Shown piece by piece: positions 60,901-64,000 of a DNA stretch of 64,000 nt; the first letter of the stretch is position 1, and each line of letters opens with the position of its first letter. A model generated the notes under the pieces. It saw nothing but the letters and a program-made list of their open reading frames with translations. It did no database searches and was not told the DNA's origin. The position numbers were made by a program, and so were the translations under genes. Origin of the DNA: Candidatus Obscuribacteraceae bacterium (GTDB taxonomy: Bacteria > Cyanobacteriota > Vampirovibrionia > Obscuribacterales > Obscuribacteraceae); contig JBGAHS010000005.1 in assembly GCA_044226015.1 (NCBI GenBank), positions 160,001 through 224,000 on the forward strand, read 5' to 3'.

Positions 60901-61503
60901 GTCAGCCTGCAGAACTTCAAGGCGGGTCGCGATTTCAGCCAGAACGATTTTTTGAATATCAATCTTTTCTGCTACTGTAAGAAGCTCTTTCTCTGCTTGA
61001 TCAATTCGCCTGTCGAATTCGGCAACTCCTGCCAATTCATCAATAATCTTTCGGCGCTCTGTCGCACTCATGGTGACAATGCCGGTTACGTCACCCTGCA
61101 TGATTACGTTGAAACCAGTCGGGCTGACGTTGTACTTGCCAAGCTCGTCGTGGATATCTGAAAGGGTTGCATTCTTGCCATTCAACATATACGTGCTTGT
61201 ATAGCCGGAATCTTTGACTTTCAGGCGTCTGCACACTTCAATCTCATCGCCAAGGTCGTTGGTGAATTTGACGCGAACCTTACACTCGTTTCGTCCAGAA
61301 AGGTTGTTCAGCAGGTCGGGCAGCCTTTCTGCTCTCATCGTCCTTGTAGAGGACAGCCCGAGAGCGAAGAGAAGACTATCGATGATATTCGACTTGCCTG
61401 ATCCATTAGGACCGGATATGGTTGTAAATCCATCCAGTAATGGCACTGCAGTCAGCTTGCCAAAGGATTTGAAGTTGTCAAGCTCGATTTCTTTGATCCG
61501 CAT
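57982..61503 (-). CDS. smc: Chromosome segregation protein SMC
   Basis: GPNGSGKSN, hinge GRATFVPL, LSGGEKS, FDEVD. Confidence 0.98.
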   Translation of the reverse strand: MRIKEIELDNFKSFGKLTAVPLLDGFTTISGPNGSGKSNIIDSLLFALGLSSTRTMRAERLPDLLNNLSGRNECKVRVKFTNDLGDEIEVCRRLKVKDSGYTSTYMLNGKNATLSDIHDELGKYNVSPTGFNVIMQGDVTGIVTMSATERRKIIDELAGVAEFDRRIDQAEKELLTVAEKIDIQKIVLAEIATRLEVLQADRDQALKYLDLKSQKDKLERDLIYVRVKDLETKNDEVMNLILELNEKEEKLIAQRDEAELTLLAHRVEMARLDDEIKEKGGNEQLLLRQELENKRGDLIREETRLSNLAGVISEKTKSQKSLAAQIKAIERRLNELAGEKKQHDADLKAVQLVLMEKQGAHSAVLAELEIARKERDKTSTKGMSLHEDLQRLRDERHQLEVRKTELKTRKEQLEKELVVARDSATESIGKSAALKNMLIGLERKLQDEQASSFGITRNIRQAENEIESTQDEIEQKRKELEQINRRLIELETTRDVVGESGYGRAVEAVLNANIPGVCGTIGQLGKVDEQYELALEIAIGGRLADIVVEDDRVAERCIQLLKEQKAGRATFVPLNKIMSQPPGLLPNRPGVIDFAYNLVNFNPAYTRAFQYACGQTVVVDNLDSARKMLNTARMVTLEGELLEKHGTISGGISNRPRLKFNQKESNDLGSLKTKAKQLADDMRWLADSIKELNQSLSQDRQKQNQAATSVAQRQSELDKRKEELAQCEELVNTLKPRLRSMGDEIESVETELSGIDGKINGLSKQIDKLQDELADITAGGKRSELDRLIGESEELKQEIDAIERGAKDSERMLDRIETEERVEQSNKVSLADQLDLVQKELTTLSADKPQYEESIKQLTADIKELERKSAEISKELMQLHQAKEKVQNEITEIEIAKTRTSEQLKFLDEERNKHKLQLHELKIQLAAARAELEHILVETPDFKPPSASTIEQLKNQIDRLDRRMRALEPVNMKALEEYNQTRTRQEELTDYLETLSQERDEINQRIGGYGELKKNTFMEAFTAIDANFREIFAELSHGSGKLELENPEDPFAGGLVIRAQPRDKKMQRIEALSGGEKSLTALSFVFAFQRFAPAPFYAFDEVDMMLDGANADRLARMVKRQSKQAQFVVVSLRRPMIENSDHAIGVSLRADGFSKTVGIADVRIPDEEQLVNA

Positions 61504-61817
61504 TATGACTCCAGATCAGAAGGTCCACCATTTTTGCCACCAGGCATAACCAGCATGTCTCCAAATACGGTATTACTCAATATAGATTGCGCTGCTCCGT
61601 TGTTGGGTTTGCTAGCCCACAGCCGAATTAGACTACAGAAGTATATTATGTGTCAAGGTTTTGCTGGGTTTTGCTCCCGCAAAAGCCCCATTATACAAGC
61701 TCATCCAGTGCTTGCAACCGCACCTGGTGGCATTGGAGACGCCTCCGCTGGCGCCACCACTATGTATTTCATTATAACATCATATATGTCAAGTTTGGTA
61801 TTACGGGTGAAACTAAT

Positions 61818-63161
61818 ATGAGTGATGGATACACACCCCGGAAACCACGATTTTGCTGCCTTAAAGTCTTCATAGAATTGATTCTCTTTGCAGCTTTGAC
61901 GATTCTCATTCAGCCGATCCTACCTGCCTTTTCGCAGCTTGATCCAGGCTCTGCGCTAGGTTCTAAAATTCAACAGAGCAATTCTGACGAAAACAGATTT
62001 GATGAGAAGGTGCATTTTGAATATCCAGAAGCAAGCTCAGAGATACGGAATTACTTTAATACTAAATATGCAATCGGAATTATCTCTCCCTTAATCGCAT
62101 GTTTGGCAGTGCTCATTATGCTGCAAAAGGGAATTGTCAAAGCTATTCGAGACCGCTTTGAGCGTTTGCCATATCTGCTTTCTTTTCTTTCAACCGGTTC
62201 TTGCTTCTACGGGCTTATAGCATTAGTTCAGTTGCCGCTGACTTTCTACTCTTCATTTGTCGTTGAGCATCAATATAAGTTGAGCAGCCAGAGCTTCGCT
62301 TCCTGGACACATGATTATTTTGCTCATACTGCATTTGGTGCCTTGATTGTTCCTTTACTGGCTCTGGTATTTTTGCTCATCCGCAAGTTTCCGCGCCACT
62401 GGGTTTTTCAGGCTTGGTTACTGCTTTCATCGGTGATTTTGTTTGTGACCTTTGTCGAACCAATTCTGGTTGACCCTGTTTTCAACAAATTTCGTGCACT
62501 CGAAGATGGCAGTCTTAAGACAAGAATAATCAGCCTCTGTCGCCAATCTGGAATTGAGCACCCAAGCATTCTGGTGGCAGACAAGAGCAAGCAAACCAAA
62601 AAGCTCAACGCATATGTAACTGGCTTAGGCTCTAGCAATAGAATTGTGCTTTACGACACCTTGCTCACAAAAGCCAGCTCCGACCAGGTTCTTGCTGTAC
62701 TTGCTCACGAGCTTGGGCATTATCGTCTGAAGCATGTGGTCCTGGGCGTCAGCATTGCGATCATATTTCTATTGCCAACTCTGTTTCTGGCTGGGTATTG
62801 CCTGAAGGCATGCATTCGATATCTACCAGCTAGCTGGGGCGTAAAAGCGATGAGCGACCCGGCTATTGTTGCTGTCATAGCTCTGGCGGGTTTTGTCTTG
62901 CCTCTAGTCATTTCGCCTTTGCCTGCCTCAATTTCGAGATTATTGGAGGCAGAAGCTGATGCTTATGGAATTCGTGTTTATGGACACGCACTTGAAACTG
63001 CCCAGGCGTTCAAACTCTTGTCTCAAAGCAATCTTTCTGACCCAAATCCCCCGCCATTCATCGAATTCTGGTTCTTTACCCACCCGAGTATCAAACATCG
63101 GATAGATTATGCTTTAAGTCAGATACCTCGCGAGTCAAATTCGCGTAGCAGGAGCAATTAA
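61818..63161 (+). CDS. M48A (STE24-like) zinc metallopeptidase
   Basis: NAYVTG, AHELGH, EAEAD, THPS..RI; multiple TMs. Confidence 0.92.
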   Translation: MSDGYTPRKPRFCCLKVFIELILFAALTILIQPILPAFSQLDPGSALGSKIQQSNSDENRFDEKVHFEYPEASSEIRNYFNTKYAIGIISPLIACLAVLIMLQKGIVKAIRDRFERLPYLLSFLSTGSCFYGLIALVQLPLTFYSSFVVEHQYKLSSQSFASWTHDYFAHTAFGALIVPLLALVFLLIRKFPRHWVFQAWLLLSSVILFVTFVEPILVDPVFNKFRALEDGSLKTRIISLCRQSGIEHPSILVADKSKQTKKLNAYVTGLGSSNRIVLYDTLLTKASSDQVLAVLAHELGHYRLKHVVLGVSIAIIFLLPTLFLAGYCLKACIRYLPASWGVKAMSDPAIVAVIALAGFVLPLVISPLPASISRLLEAEADAYGIRVYGHALETAQAFKLLSQSNLSDPNPPPFIEFWFFTHPSIKHRIDYALSQIPRESNSRSRSN

Positions 63162-64000
63162 TGTTTGCTGGTGGCGGACCTCCCGTTTATTTAATGTGGT
63201 CGGGTATTTTCAACCCCGAGCGGAATAAGCTGAACAAAAAAATTGAGTGGAAGCGAATCAGGGCACTTTTTCATCCTTATATAAAGGAAGAGCTGACGTT
63301 GATAGTGCTTCTGATTTTGCAATCGGGCTTGTCGCTGGTTCCAACACTACTGACGGTGACCCTTGTGGATAGAGCCATTCCCCATCACAACATGAATGAG
63401 GTGCTCATATGTTGTGGTGGCATGGTTGGTGCTGGTCTTATCACTGGTGGACTTAATGTTTTCCAGGGGTTCGTTAACACAACGATGGCAGAAGGCGTTA
63501 TGCGAGATCTTCGCTGCCAGATTGTGGCGCACCTCCAGAAGATGCCGATTGAATTTTTTGCTGTTACCAGAGCTGGTGAGTTGCTTAACCGAGTTTCTGG
63601 AGACATTGACAGTCTAGACAATATTGTTTCAGGAACCTTGTTGACCATTGTTTCGAACATTTTGCTGCTAATTAGCACCATGCTTACAATGTTTGTTCTT
63701 GATTGGAGGCTGGCTTTGTTAGCCATTATTTTGCTTCCGACTATGATTTTGCCTCTCTGGCCAGTGGGGCGAAAAATGTACAAGCTGAGGAAAAATACTC
63801 GCGAAATGCAAGACCTGGTGGCGAACAAAAGTCAGGAAATGTTGAACGTCTCTGGCATCACGTTGCTGAAGATTTTTGGCATGGAAACAGCTGAGCGCGA
63901 CCGTTTTCGTGTTCTATGCAATGATTTGATGGCTTCAGAAATCACCCTGGCAATGATAGGTCGCTGGTTCATGATGATTGTCGGTGTGATGACGCTGGCA
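63161..64000 (+). CDS. ABC exporter (transmembrane domain; 3'-partial, missing from the ORF track)
   Basis: ATG overlaps the TAA of the peptidase; translates to LVDRAIP...DLR..HLQKMPIEFF...GELLNRVSGD...LDWRLALL; open to the window end. Confidence 0.9.
   Translation, partial: MFAGGGPPVYLMWSGIFNPERNKLNKKIEWKRIRALFHPYIKEELTLIVLLILQSGLSLVPTLLTVTLVDRAIPHHNMNEVLICCGGMVGAGLITGGLNVFQGFVNTTMAEGVMRDLRCQIVAHLQKMPIEFFAVTRAGELLNRVSGDIDSLDNIVSGTLLTIVSNILLLISTMLTMFVLDWRLALLAIILLPTMILPLWPVGRKMYKLRKNTREMQDLVANKSQEMLNVSGITLLKIFGMETAERDRFRVLCNDLMASEITLAMIGRWFMMIVGVMTLA

Overview
Chromosomal window from a bacterium that looks like a non-photosynthetic cyanobacterial relative (Vampirovibrionia/Melainabacteria, Obscuribacter-like). 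This is inferred from the cyanobacterial-type asd-dapA-rnj and sepF genes, the many kinases and TPR proteins, and the absence of photosynthesis genes. Housekeeping blocks are mobA-dut-dapB-asd-dapA-rnj and smc-scpA-scpB-ispD-sepF, plus tRNA-Thr(CGT), rsgA, a TolC-family protein, an MBOAT/SGNH O-acylation pair, a plsC-like gene, an AAC(6')-Ia-like GNAT, an M48 peptidase and a partial ABC transporter. Main observations: (1) the ORF track truncates an exported TPR-thioredoxin at an in-frame UGA that falls in the W-x-G-P-C active site and is followed by an fdhF-like SECIS hairpin, so it is a probable selenoprotein (WUGPC); (2) complementary half-degenerate histidine kinases occur as a coupled gene pair and as a fusion, suggesting obligate heterodimeric kinases; (3) a leader-peptide attenuator sits upstream of rsgA; (4) a PhyH dioxygenase is fused to an apparently circularly permuted ACP-like domain; (5) there are several candidate ncRNAs, namely two anti-SD sRNAs and a ~270-320 nt structured element before mobA. 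No CRISPR array, transposase or prophage was seen. All family assignments are by eye; no searches were run.
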